Source of the DNA: Psammoneis japonica
Taxonomy: Eukaryota
DNA length: 64,000 bases
Reading direction: 5' to 3'
Assembly: GCA_008632985.1 (NCBI GenBank)
Contig: QPGO01000021.1
Location: forward strand, 310,001-374,000
Positions 1 through 11,799 of the stretch are shown piece after piece. Under the pieces are notes generated by a model, which had not been told where the DNA came from, did no database searches, and worked only from the letters and a program-made list of their open reading frames with translations. Each line of letters begins with the position of its first letter. The stretch's first letter is position 1. Both the position numbers and the translations under genes were made by a program.

Positions 1-665
1 GCTCGAACAATCGGGAGCACTCCTGGCTGAGGGGAACGCACTTCCCCGCATCTGTCGCGAGGTGCAGATGCTCATGGGAGTCACCTGCGCAGGCTCACGC
101 AAGGTGGTGCACCCCGGGTGCCCGACTACACCGCTGTGGCGCACAAGGTGCTCCACGGACAATTCTCCTTGCTGGCACAGTTGCCACGCCATTTGCTTGG
201 CCAACCAGAGCAGACAACCAATTCCCAGGCGAGCTCGACCAGCGCCAGCAACAGTGGCACCCCTTCCGCGGCTGCCGCCGCTGCGGGACGTCGCGACCCG
301 GGCACGGCCGTTGCGAATCCCAACCCGGTGCGGTCCTGGCTGACGGCCTTTGCACAAGCCGGGATCCGCCTAGCTACGGTCCGACGTTTCGCACCCCGAA
401 CCACGGATTCAAGTGGCACCGCATGTGAAGTGTGCCTTTCCTGTCACCAAAAGGAACGTGCTTCGCCAACTGTGAGCGCAGCAACACGCACCGGAACCTC
501 TCGCCACGAGAGAGGACGGCTGTGAGCGCGTTCGTTCGGGACCACGTGTCCAATCCCCAAGAAGGTGGCGCCCCAGCTCCGGCACCCGCGCCGGCACCGG
601 CGGCCTCCACCTGAGGACGGGGGCCAGTCAGCCCTAAAGCTGGCCTGCAGCCCTCCTCTACCTGC

Positions 666-2560
666 TTGCCAGATCCGCACCAGCAGCATCCACGCAGCAA
701 CGAACTAGGTAAGTTAGCAGAGGACCATGCCAAACTCTTACAAACTTTAGGCTGGAGCCAGTTCGTTGCACACCTGCGCAGGGAGCCGTGTCTGGTCGAG
801 AATGTTCGGCAGCCACCCCACCCAGCTGCCGAGTTACTTTCTAAACTCCGCAACGACGGAGCACCGGTCCAGTTTTCAACGGAAGACTGGTCCCCTCACC
901 GGGTCCGGATGGCGACCGACCGCGGGAGCCATCCGTCCACTCACGAGTGTCTGGGCTTCCTCGAATCGGACATGGTGGACATGATCCAGAAACGACACTG
1001 GACAGTCCTGCCGCACCGCGAAGCCTGCAAGCTCCCCCACCTGCGTGTCTCACCGATGGGCGTGGTGCCGCAACGCGACCGCCGCCCGCGCACCATCGTT
1101 GATTACAGCCATTACGGTCTCAACGACGAGACTGTCAAGCACGCCCCTCCAGAAGCCATGCAATTCGGTCGAGCTCTCGACAGGTTCTTGTGCAACATCT
1201 TCCGTGCAGACCCGAAGCACGGCCCGGCACACATGCTCAAGCTTGACCTTTCCGATGGGTTCTGTCGCGTCGGGCTGCGACCCCAGGACATGCCCAAGCT
1301 CGGGGTGGCCTTCCCAGCAGGCCCAGGGGAGGAACCGCTGACAGCGCTGCCTCTCGTCCTACCCATGGGCTGGACCGAGAGTCCGCCATTCTTTTGTGTG
1401 GGCACCGAGACGGTGATTGACTTGGCGAACAGCCACTCGCCCACAGCTTGGGACCCTCCGGTTCATCCCCTAGAACAGGCAGCGGCCACTCCAGCACCTC
1501 ACGACAACACCTTGCGCATCGACGTGCCGCCGCCTTCCAGTGCAGCTCCGACTAGCCGCGCATCACGCCTTCCTCCTCCCGCCGCTCTCCATCGCAGACC
1601 CCGACGGGGCTCTCAGCCACTGAAACTTCGATGTCTACGTCGATGATGAAACATGCGCCGCACAAGGAACGAAGGCTCGTCTCAACAAGCTACGTCGACG
1701 CCTCTTGCACATCAACGATCAAGTCTTCCGTCCCAACACACCGTCTGACGAGCACTGGCGGCGTGAAACCATCTCCCTCAAGAAACTCCTCAAAGGAGAC
1801 GCGTCGTGGTCGACAGTGAAGGTCATTTTGGGGTGGCTCATAGACACACTAGCCGGGACTGTCGAGTTGCCCCCGCATCATCGACAACGCCTCCTTGACA
1901 TTCTGGCTGACACCATCCCTCGCCGCCACATGTCCAACAAACAATGCTGCAAACTTCTCGACAAAGTCCGCAGCATGTTGTTGGCGGTGTCCGGTGGTGC
2001 GGGCCTTCTCTCCAACCTCCAGCACTCTCTTGCCACCTCCAGTGACTCCCGCACTCGCATTGACCGCCACACGCGCTGCCAGCTCCAAGATTTGCACACC
2101 TTGGCCATGGACATTGTCTCGCGTCCTGCTCGGCTGGCTGAACTTTTCCCTGCTGCCGACGGGCACTTCTGCGGGGCGTGCGACGCAGCCAAACCTGGGT
2201 TTGGCGGCGTCCCATTGCCTGGCCCTCAAGACACTTCCCTCCTGCCAACCTGGCAAGTTCCGCTGCCTCTAGACCTGCAAGCCGCTGTTGTTTTGGACGA
2301 CAACCCTGCAGGCACTGTGACAAACTCCGACCTCGAGCTAGCCGGCCGTTGTCGGCATCGCCGTCGACGTCAGGGAACGCACCGTCCACACGTGCTGCGA
2401 CAACACGCCTGCCATTTCCCGGCGCGGAAAAGGCTCTGTCACAACCGACGGCCCCGGCGCCGACACACTGCGGACGGGGAGCCTACAACAACGGCAGCTC
2501 CGACACGTCTCCCGCTTCCATTACATTCCTGGCCCAGCCAATCTCCTCGCAGACACATGC
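666..2560 (+). pseudogene. RT-RNase H of the YR retrotransposon, frameshifted
   Basis: SPMGVVPQRDRRPRTIVDYS, KLDLSDGF(C)RV, LPMGWTESPPFFC. FDVYVDD (gtctacgtcgatgat, ~1633-1647) lies in a different frame. RNase H motifs GACDAAKPGFGG and TNSDLELAG. Confidence 0.85.
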
Positions 2561-2629
2561 TCCCGCAAATTTTCCACGCCGTCTCACCTTCTTGCTGCGC
2601 TTGCTCGCCTTGCCCCACAGACGAAACCT

Positions 2630-3804
2630 TGGCGAATGCTGCACCTGCCGCCAGACATCGTTTCTTCACCAATCTCCACCTTGCGACGGCAAAAGCCCAC
2701 GAAGCTGTCACTGGCGAGCGCGCCCGTGCCACGGACACCGTCTGGGCCAAGTGTTGGCTGCCTTTCCCATCCGACATCGGAGTCAAAGACCCTCTCCTCA
2801 CCGGTGTCCAAGACAAAATCCCGATGCTCCGAGTCTTTGCCTGTCACCTTGGGGATGGACGCCTCAGCCGCAGCGGTGACCCAATCTCAGCTCCGCACGT
2901 TCGTGACGAAGTCCTTCACATCGCGAAGACGTTCACCGAACTGGGGGCCCCGGACCCGCGGCTAACGCCACACGGCACTGTGGATCCTCGCCTTGCTCGC
3001 CTTTACAGTGCGCACTCCAAAGACGATCCGCCGCCAAACCGCGTCAAGCCTCTTCCAATCCAAATCGTGCACCACGCACAAGCCCTTGTCGATGAATCTT
3101 CCGCCCTCGACAACGCTGTCATCGACATGTCCTGGATCGGCCTTTTCTACCTTCTGCGACCGGGGGAGCATTGCAAGACCAAAGACAATGACCCTTTGGT
3201 TTTGAAAGACATCAAACTGCTCGTCGGACAACGTGCACTAGACCACTTGACCTGCCCCCTGCAACAGCTGTTCCTCGCGACACACAGTGGCATTGCGTTT
3301 GACACTCAAAAGAATCGAGAACGCGGCGAAACGGCAGGTCATGCTAGAAGCTCTCACTCCAAGGCATGCCCGGTCCTCGCCATTGCCCGCCGTGTGCATT
3401 GCCTGCGTTCCAACGGCGCCAACGCTAACACCCCCCTGTGTGCTGTACGCCTCGGCACGCGGTGGGGTCATGTCACGAGCCGTGCCATCACCAAAATGCT
3501 CCAAGTGTCAGCTGCCGCCTTGCCACATTTAGGATTCCTGCCGAAAGATGTCACAGCCCGCAGCCTCCGCGCCGGTGGCGCCATGGCCCTGCTGTGCGCC
3601 AAGGTGGACACCGACATCATCCGTCTCGTCGGCCGCTGGAAATCCGATGCTGTGTTTCGATGTCTTCACGCCCAAGCGTTGCCATTGACAGCAGGACTGT
3701 CTACGAAAATCCTGAACTGCGGAAATTTCACGCTGCTCCCAGGGTCCGATGTCCCTCCCATTGCGCAAAACATCATCAATCAAGCCAACGCACCCGCCAA
3801 TTGA
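2630..3804 (+). pseudogene. Tyrosine recombinase of the YR retrotransposon, catalytic Tyr replaced by Cys
   Basis: FYLLRPGE, RSLRAGGA, GRWKSDAVFR-C-LH. The expected catalytic Y codon is tgt at 3661-3663. Start approximate. Confidence 0.85.
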
Positions 3805-3883
3805 CGCGTCCACGCCTTCACCCACCCTCAGCTCTGCTTCTGACCCATCCCCTTTTTCCTTCTCGGCCCTCCAAGAGTGGCGG

Positions 3884-4306
3884 ATCGGAGGCGGTCTCGG
3901 TTGCTGGTGAGCCCAAAGAGGGCAAGAAACCCTGGCAAAGCGCTGACACCACCAACCACCGCCTCCTGACTGTGGTGGGACGCACCCCCCAGCAGCGTTG
4001 GTGGCGAACAGCCACTTCAGCAGTGCAGGGGGAAGGACAGACGCATCCACCCCCCAACGCACGCAGCCTTGAACGACCTGAATGCCAGCGGCATTCTTTG
4101 CAACTCATCGCCGCCTGCCGAGGCCGCAGCAGTGGTTGTAAACTTTTTGACCCTCCACTCCCGCCCAGCCGCCTCATCGGAGGCGGTCTCGGTTGCTGGC
4201 GAGCCTGAAGAGGGCAAGAAACCCCAGCAAAGCGCTGACACCACCAACCACCGCCTCCCAACTGTGGTGGGACGCACCCCCCAGCAGCGTTGGTGGCGAA
4301 CAGCCA
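3884..4306 (+). repeat. Split direct repeats B1 (3884-4014) and B2 (4176-4306), 131 bp each
   Basis: Direct alignment. Copies differ only at TG/CG, CA/TG, TG/CA and TG/CA dinucleotides. Confidence 0.95.
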
Positions 4307-5224
4307 TTCTCGAATGCTGGTGTGTTTTCTACGGTCTCTGCGTGCGCGAAGCTCGAATTTCGTGCCCGAAGCAACAATCACCGTTCGGGCACGTGAATCG
4401 CGCAATTGTTCAGCAATTCGTAGCATGTACATCTTCTCTTGCATAAAGACATTCCCTTTTTTTTAACCGTTTCCTCCCGAGTGACTACAAATGACTACAT
4501 TTTGTATTTAATTTTTACATTTTACGTATACAAAGCATCTAGTCATTATTCAAAGATATATTTCTTAGATGAACAATTTCGTATTGAAGCATGTCCAAAT
4601 TAAATACGAAACGATGGTGACTATTGTAGGGCGGTAGACACATCAGATGTAGATAAGGGGTCATGCCATTAGTGTCGAACAGTAGCGTTAGGACCTAAAT
4701 GATCCTACGGAATAGCCCATGGCTATGGAAGGCACCTATTTTGACAGAAGTTAAATAGGGGCAAAGTCATCGCTAAAATTGGTCCTCTACGTAGAACTCC
4801 GTATTAGTTTATCTGTCCATCGCCAGTTCGCGCCAACATTTAGGGGAATGAACGAGTAGGCTAGTGTCTGCATCCTAAGTGATCAATCGTCGTAGACGAA
4901 GCAACAATGTCTACTCCACCTGTAGAGCAATAAGAGACAACAACCAAGCACATAACAGCTCGTAGACACAGTCATTGAAGAGACGTACTAATTCAATAGG
5001 AGATTTAGGCGTATATAAAAGCACAAATTTCTTATGTGATTTTATATTTTTATTTCGATTGAATACAAAAAACACGTTCGGGAGGAAACTGTTAAATAAT
5101 TGACCCATAAAATAATATGAAAATGGATGTTATAGTTAATGCAGTCATACGAGTAAGGGGTGGCTGTCGCGCGCAGTTTTCGCGGGCTGTGCGCGTGAGA
5201 TCCGAATCGATTCTGGCGCCGTTG

Positions 5225-6260
5225 TCAGCATGTTGTTAGGTTTTTGTTGTCATCTTGGCGTGGCATCGATGGTCTCTGTGTGCAGCATGTTAGCAATCGT
5301 TCCGTATGAGTGGTCTGGCACGAGTGGGGGTCACTTAGTGTTTGTAAAGGGACAGACCAGCTCCATCCTCCCATTGAGGACGTCTTGAGCTGATCTGGGA
5401 CGAAGGGATGCGTGATCCCCTGAGGCAACGGTGAGTCGCCCGCACCAAAGTGACACTCATTCTCACGTTAATGTAGCTGCATGCCTCTGAGTGTGGCTTT
5501 TGCCATTTCTCAGCTGGTTTTGCAGAGATTCTGCGCAGCGCTGCTTTGGCTTCCTTGCCAAACAGTCCGTCGCATGATGCGACGAAGGGAGTGAAGTGAC
5601 GTCGTTGCTCAAGGCAGGGCTTGAGGTGCTTGCACTTTTCCTCTTGTTCGTGTTGTTCCAGAACTTCTTCCGGTGTCTTGGACAGGTGTGACTTCGCGTC
5701 CGTGTCCGGAGTGTGAACATCCGTGACGGTGTCTGTCCTTTTGTCCCAAAATCCTTTGGATGAAAGATCTCTGCGGTCGCCATCCTTGGACATGTTGGAG
5801 TTTGTGTTGCCTTGGGAGTTGTTGGAGGAGCCTGGGCTTCCTGAGATGCGACCAATGGGGTTAATGAGGGGTTCATCGCGTGCGCAGGAGGGCTTGAAGG
5901 CCGCTCCAGTTGGGCCACCGAGGTCATCACACACATCGTCGTGTCGTGAGATGACTGGGCCGCCCTTTTTGCACTGCAGGGCATGGGCGATGGAGAATTT
6001 GCAGGCGCATCCATCGCAGTGCTCCGGGAGGTTGGGGGAGTGCAGCCACATCGCAGACAAAGCGCGCCACGGAATTCCAGACAAGAGAGTTCTGTGCCGT
6101 TTATGATCGATGGGTGCACCGACAGCCATGCTCCAGTGCTGGTGCCACGCTTGACAGCTCTGGCTTTTAGGTCGGTTAGAGTCCGGAGGATTGTCTTGAG
6201 TTTCTCCTCGTGCGTCTTGGCTTTCCTGTTTCCTTTGTTTAACGATTTTTTGACATTGAG
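5225..6260 (-). mobile_element. 5'-truncated non-LTR retrotransposon (CRE-like, restriction-like endonuclease C-terminus)
   Basis: PSIINGTELS..EFR.AL.LR, CCHC knuckle CDGC-x-HALQC followed by RHD, DL..KGFW..D, E..K..(H)LKPCLEQRRHFTPFV. Frameshift near 6030, TpA-depleted. Confidence 0.8.
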
Positions 6261-6436
6261 GCAAAAATGACAATATACATTGAAACATATTCAGGAATGA
6301 ATATCAGTGAATGATAGTACGAGGAGGAGTCTGTCTGCAATGTGACAGTGTCTTCCACGCTCTGCACGCTCTGCGCTGCGCGCCCAACGCCCAGTCACAC
6401 AAAGCAACAGCTAGAGAGCAGAAGAAGTGATCGACC

Positions 6437-7849
6437 ATGACGGTCAATGACGACAAAGAGCATACCGTCTTGTTGACGTCCACCAACCATGGTCGCCACA
6501 CATTGACGCTGTCGAAAGGCACAACTTTGAAAGAGTTAAGCGAGACGGCTTGCAAGCTTCTTGGTGGATGCAGTGGTGTGGAGCTGAGCACGGGCTTTCC
6601 TCCGCAGAAATTGCCGCCGAATGATGCTTTGCTTGCACGCTCTGTTATCCCTCATCGTTCACGTGTTCAAGTCATATCAATAAAGAATAATAACAGTGTG
6701 CATTCGAGTAAGAAACGAGGTCGCGAGAAAGAGGACACCACTCCTGAAGAATCCGCGTCAAGAAAGAGATCCGAGGATGAGAAATCTCGTGAGCATTCGA
6801 GCGCTTCAGACGAAGGCATTGTAGATTTGACAGGAGACGACAGTGGCGAGGAAAACGATCTTACCAAAGTTGATGAAGCTCTGGCAAGGCGCTTGCAGCA
6901 GGAAGAAAACGAAGCAGCTCTTGGCGTCGTGCGAGATTCAGCACCACGTTGTGAACAAGCTTCTTCTCGAGTCAAATCATCCGCATTGTCTGATTCACGG
7001 GACCCAACTACAGTCACGGACGACTATTGGGTCTGGCAGGACGGCGCCCAACCATATCTCTGTGAACAAGCGATATACGGCAAGTGGCTTATCTTTTACC
7101 CAGAAGCTCTAACTTTCGAAAAGTGGCAAATGATTGCAAAAGCTGTAGCTTCCGGAGAGCTTCACTCGGCAAAGTGCAAGGTGGCAACCAGATTGAGTGC
7201 CATGACCAAAGGAACCAACCTGACTTTTGTCGTTTGCGTCTATTCGACCCAGGAACGCATGGACGAGGTGGGATTGCGACTCATTGAACTGACACGAAGC
7301 AACAGTTTGCACTACAAGACAAATCAAGCGACGGAAGAAGGACACTACTCGTCATCCATGGGTGGTAGTCATGACGGTGTAGCGGCAAGGAGTCTGTATT
7401 GGAACAAGGGACGGCCGGGGTTCACAAAGATTAGTGGGAATAAAATGAAGCCAGCTCAGTCTCGCTCTCTAGCCAACGCTGCGGCACAAGTTGATGCGCC
7501 CTTGAATCATACTTATGACGACCGCGTCGTGACTGTGGTTGGCCTCAAGTACCACAAGGGCGTCGCTCTCTGTAGCTTACAAGAAGGCAAAACCAAGGTG
7601 CGCCTTTGTCGCGAGGCCAACAATGCGTACGACAGCAGCGCGATTCGCATCGAAATCGATGGTAAAAAGCTGGGCTACGTGGAAAATAAAAAAGGAAAAG
7701 AGGCTGACCTCCTGTCACCGTGGTTGGATCATGATTTGGTTTACATTGAGTCAGCTACAATCAAACACATCATGGGAGAATCTACAGTTACAGTGCAGCT
7801 GACGGGACGGGCTTGTAATGAAGCCAAGAGCATGTTGGCGTGTTTATAA
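6437..7849 (+). CDS. Ubiquitin-like domain + SIM/ubiquitin-binding motif + DUF1917 (Bles03/eIF4E-like) + HIRAN domain protein
   Basis: 470-aa intact ORF. LSTGFPPQKL (OTU1/UBX-like UBL), IVDLT, DEALARRLQQEE, GKWLIF...KVAT...VCVYS, VVGLKYH...LCREANNAYDSSAI...KLGYV. Confidence 0.8.
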   Translation: MTVNDDKEHTVLLTSTNHGRHTLTLSKGTTLKELSETACKLLGGCSGVELSTGFPPQKLPPNDALLARSVIPHRSRVQVISIKNNNSVHSSKKRGREKEDTTPEESASRKRSEDEKSREHSSASDEGIVDLTGDDSGEENDLTKVDEALARRLQQEENEAALGVVRDSAPRCEQASSRVKSSALSDSRDPTTVTDDYWVWQDGAQPYLCEQAIYGKWLIFYPEALTFEKWQMIAKAVASGELHSAKCKVATRLSAMTKGTNLTFVVCVYSTQERMDEVGLRLIELTRSNSLHYKTNQATEEGHYSSSMGGSHDGVAARSLYWNKGRPGFTKISGNKMKPAQSRSLANAAAQVDAPLNHTYDDRVVTVVGLKYHKGVALCSLQEGKTKVRLCREANNAYDSSAIRIEIDGKKLGYVENKKGKEADLLSPWLDHDLVYIESATIKHIMGESTVTVQLTGRACNEAKSMLACL

Positions 7850-9043
7850 AAAGTGATGATGCATGCAGTGCAGAAGGTCTTGGAAACTTGCTGTTGGCCA
7901 TACGAACGGTTGATAAAGTAGATATCGAGATATCACGAAGAAACCTGCAAGGTGTTTTTGGACAACTGAAAATGTACTGCTTCAGGCAAGATCACCGGCT
8001 AGAGGCCGTCGCCTACCACACTGCAGTTGCAAGATACCACAGTTGCGTCCTAGACCTACAAACTATCTCACGATGGGTGAAAATTTCAGATAAAAAGCTC
8101 CGTAAGTGATAGGACGGTGTCCCGAATTCCGTTAGAATAGTCTTCAATCCTTACTCTTTTGCACATCCACAGTTTGAAAGCTCGAGAGTTGCGAAGGTCG
8201 AGCGAGACGAATCATCAATCTGCCACCAACATTGCATCATCACACGACTGAGAACTGAGACAATCTTGAATCTTTCACCCAACAACGCGATGCGGAAAAC
8301 AACCAGGACAAATGGCGGTGGCTTATAATGCCTCGTGTCCCACTCTACCGGTATTGATTCATACTGTATTGTGTCGATACAAGTACGAGCAGTTTCAAAC
8401 TCCCCAGTCGTGTGAGAATGCTCTTCGCCACCAACATTACGTCATTCACACGACTGGCGAAATTTTTAGTAGGCAGGATTTGATCTTCTGTCAACAGTTC
8501 GGGCAACCATGTTGAATGTGCTCTGTGCTCGGCTTACATTTGGTTGGCACCTTTTATATGAAGTGAAAATGAAGGATAGAAATGCTGTAGAACAAGCATG
8601 GCGAGGATGCAACAAACGGGGATAATTTCAAGTTCGATGTGGATGTGTGATTTTCAACTCCTCGGGATTCGGGACTGACAAGTTCGCATAGGCCACCATC
8701 ATCGATGCGAAGCCACAACCTTACAAACCATTTCTTGAATAGAGGTACGTTTCTCTTCTTTCTATTTTTCAGTGAATGTTTGCCTCTTCTTTGTCATTTC
8801 CTCTGTCACAACGGGTTGCGACATGTGTGTTCAAAAGTCAAAAGGTGAATGGTGGTGTGACGTGAGATTCGAGCGTTTATTCAATTGACTATTATTGCCA
8901 AACAGAGAGACAAAAATAGATGCATTGATCAGTCGATTTCACGATTGATTCAGACTGTTTTGATATCACACTTTTCTAACTCTGCCTCTGAGCCTTACTG
9001 TACCGCGTACCCAAACAGCATCGACACAAACACACGTTACAGG

Positions 9044-9835
9044 ATGGAGTTTTTCGACCCAATGTACCCGCCTCTGGGCATTGACCCCATTCTCGGAGGC
9101 AAGATTTTGGCTGCCGCTTGGTTGACACAAGGCTTGCTTTTGTCATTGGTTACTGAACAACAGGCCCGCTTTTACGGTTGGCCGCACACAAACAAGTTGG
9201 CAATGTTTCTCCTGGAGATGACAGGCGGCGCGGTTTTAGCGACGGGCGTCGGTGCATGCGCATTGCAGTTTGGAGGCAAGACGGTCCACGAAGCAATCGG
9301 ATGGCTTGGTGTGCCATGGGCCATCATCGTGGTGAAGTGGTACCTAAATGACACCTTCAACAAAGTGGGCTTCAAGCCGCAAAATGCGCTGATGATCACT
9401 GTCACTACCTTGCTGACGATTTACGCAGGATTCTATAGTCCCGAATGGGCCGATCTCGGCTTTGTAATAATGATTGGCTCTTACATTGTCTCTGCTTTAG
9501 GTGGTATCCTAACGCCAGAAGCATTTGGCAGTTATTGGGGCCCACAAGTCAAAACGGACAAGCAGAAATACTTGGTTTGTCACTTCAACTACTTCTTTCT
9601 TGCACAGGAAGTGCAGAGCCTCTGCCTCCTTGCAGGCATTGCCCCGCACAAGGCGAATGCTTATGCTTCTCTTTGTGCCCTCTTCTTCTGTTGGGACGGC
9701 GTGTATGGAAGCAAAGGCATCAAGAAGCATTTGAAACCGTCTCCGGGATACCACTTTTTGCTTCTTTGGTTTACTTTGGTCTGTCCTTTGGTTATTTTTG
9801 GGAAAGACCCTGTCACAGAGGAAGCGATGGAATAG
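9044..9835 (+). CDS. Multi-pass membrane protein of unknown function
   Basis: Intact ORF from MEFFDPMYPP with about 8 hydrophobic segments and an apparent two-fold internal repeat (..FYGWP.. / ..SYWGP..). Normal TpA content. Confidence 0.7.
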   Translation: MEFFDPMYPPLGIDPILGGKILAAAWLTQGLLLSLVTEQQARFYGWPHTNKLAMFLLEMTGGAVLATGVGACALQFGGKTVHEAIGWLGVPWAIIVVKWYLNDTFNKVGFKPQNALMITVTTLLTIYAGFYSPEWADLGFVIMIGSYIVSALGGILTPEAFGSYWGPQVKTDKQKYLVCHFNYFFLAQEVQSLCLLAGIAPHKANAYASLCALFFCWDGVYGSKGIKKHLKPSPGYHFLLLWFTLVCPLVIFGKDPVTEEAME

Positions 9836-10464
9836 GGTGGGAAGAAGCGAGCGTGATACCAAAAAAGATACATACTTTGTTTCCACATATACATGTTTCG
9901 TTTCTAGGATAGAAAGGCTAGAAAGACAGGAAAACGGCCCATCACGGGGACCACTGCAGTGTATCTTCAACGTTCGTTTTGCATTTCATCATAAAGGAAC
10001 GACAGAAGACAGCATCATCTTCATCATATAGTTTACATTCGACGTATTTTTTCGCATTAGAGTAGCATAAAACCGTTTTCTTCGTTTTCTTCCTACAGTG
10101 CTGTATCTATTATTCTGTGAGCACTGATGAGCACCGACAACTTTCAATTTTTCGAATTTTTTGAGAGAAAGAGGGAAAATCTTTTATTAGTTTCCTTCGA
10201 ATCTGTATAAATTTATAATGCCAGATTGAAGCTGTTGCATGCATGGCATCGGCATGCGGCATGGAGACACTGGTTTGAGGTTACTGGTTACTGAAGCGCA
10301 TTCCTCGTTGCTTTCTTTATATTATCTCCGCTCTTGCTGTGTCTTTGCAGTTAGCCAACACGTTCAACCCTGAATACGGAAGTCCTGCACCTGAATCTAT
10401 CTCATTTCTACCGTCCCAAGAGAAGGGGGCTACACTACTGCGTTACAACCGATTCACAGAAAAA

Positions 10465-11483
10465 ATGATGGAGCATGTGTTCACTCCCAGCGTCGTCCAA
10501 ACAGGGCTAACGTTTGTCGCGGTTCACTTGTTGCTGTATGGACTGTTTGCCTATGTGCTGCCAAAAGGTCCCTGGACAGATCTTCCCAGCTTTACAGCTC
10601 ATCAAGTCATTAACTTCCCCGTCATGATTTATCTCACATATACGGGTTCGTCAGAATGGTTTAGCATTAGCAATGAAGATGCCAAAGACTCCATGTACAC
10701 GATATTGGGAATTAATGACGTTGGAGCACATTTAGGAGAATTTGCTCTGGGCATGATGCTGTTTTGGGACATTCCAGTTGGACTCATGACGCCCGTTCTG
10801 TGCGACTCGGTAAAGATTGCACACCACGTGGGTGTCGCGTTTATCGGTGGAGTTGTTTCGGGAGCCTTTACACAGGGACGTCCCGTTGGGAGTTATTATG
10901 CACTCTTTTTCCTTGGAGTCATTGAATTTAGCACTATATTTCTAGGTGAGTTTTTGTGAGTGGTGACGCTTTTGAACACTTCGACCTTCATGAAAGCACT
11001 CCGACGTTGAAGCGCACGGGTCCGTACTACTGGCGGCGGACGGTGTGTCATGCGTCTTTCTGTTTTGGATATTGGCCAACGACGTTTCTCACTCGTTGCG
11101 TTATTCTAGTGCTGGTGGACTTGTTTCATCCACACAACAAGGCATGGTTCAATTTTTTAAAGGACGACAGTGGAGGAAAGGAGTTCAAAAAGGCGTTGCG
11201 ATCGTTCAATGAGGCGGTTCGTGTCACGTTTGCAATCGCCTTTTTGATTGTACGAGCTTCGTACTTTCCCTATGTTCAAGTGACGGGTGCCATTCCAGAC
11301 TTTTATCATGTCGGATCACTGCCAGCAGAAGAGCGAGACAATGTACCTCGTGCCGTCTTGTATGGAGTGTGCACGGCCGCCACGTTGTTTTCCATTTTGC
11401 AACTGTATTGGGGCGTCCTTGTCTTGAAGCAAGTACTCAAGGCACTTGGGATTGGTCCATCGAAAAAGAAAAAGACGGCATAG
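10465..11483 (+). CDS. TLC (TRAM/LAG1/CLN8)-domain membrane protein, 2 exons (10465-10945, 11110-11483)
   Basis: WDIP, HH, GVIEFSTIFL|VLVDLFHP, F..VRASYFP. The GT-AG intron 10946-11109 restores colinearity with the paralogue at 26376. Confidence 0.85.
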
Positions 11484-11799
11484 AACAAATCTGACCAGCA
11501 TTTCGATTGAGAGAATACAAATGCAGATATCATGGACGCCTCTTTTTCCGAGTTGCGCACCTTTACCAATTCCTCACGCTGTACAATAGTCCATTCTTCA
11601 TTTCAAAACAGAAAGGGGTATCTTTCATTAAGAAAACTTCCGAAATTGTGTGACTATAACACTTGCGCCTCTGATGTTATTTCTGATCGTTTTCTTACTA
11701 CAATATGACTAGCTAGCCCAAGCGAATTTGCAAGGACCGAAGAACGATTTTCTTGCTACAATGCCAATGCGACTAGCTAGCCCATGTGAAAGCACAAGG

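Larger units (their letters stand above)
1..4306 (+). mobile_element. Tyrosine-recombinase retrotransposon (DIRS/Ngaro type), 5' end outside the window, decayed
   Basis: Gag-like C-terminal Cys/His knuckle (~430-500), RT, RNase H and tyrosine recombinase in order, ending in split direct repeats (3884-4014 and 4176-4306). Confidence 0.9.

Noticed and set aside
3884..4306. CRISPR-like or DGR template/variable repeat near an RT
   Set aside because: Only two 131-bp copies in Ngaro split-repeat position. Differences are symmetric CA/TG swaps, not adenine-to-any changes in one copy, and the RT is DIRS-type.
4361..4393. Hairpin cgtgcccgaa/ttcgggcacg as a Helitron 3' end
   Set aside because: No CTRR terminus at the expected distance on either strand.
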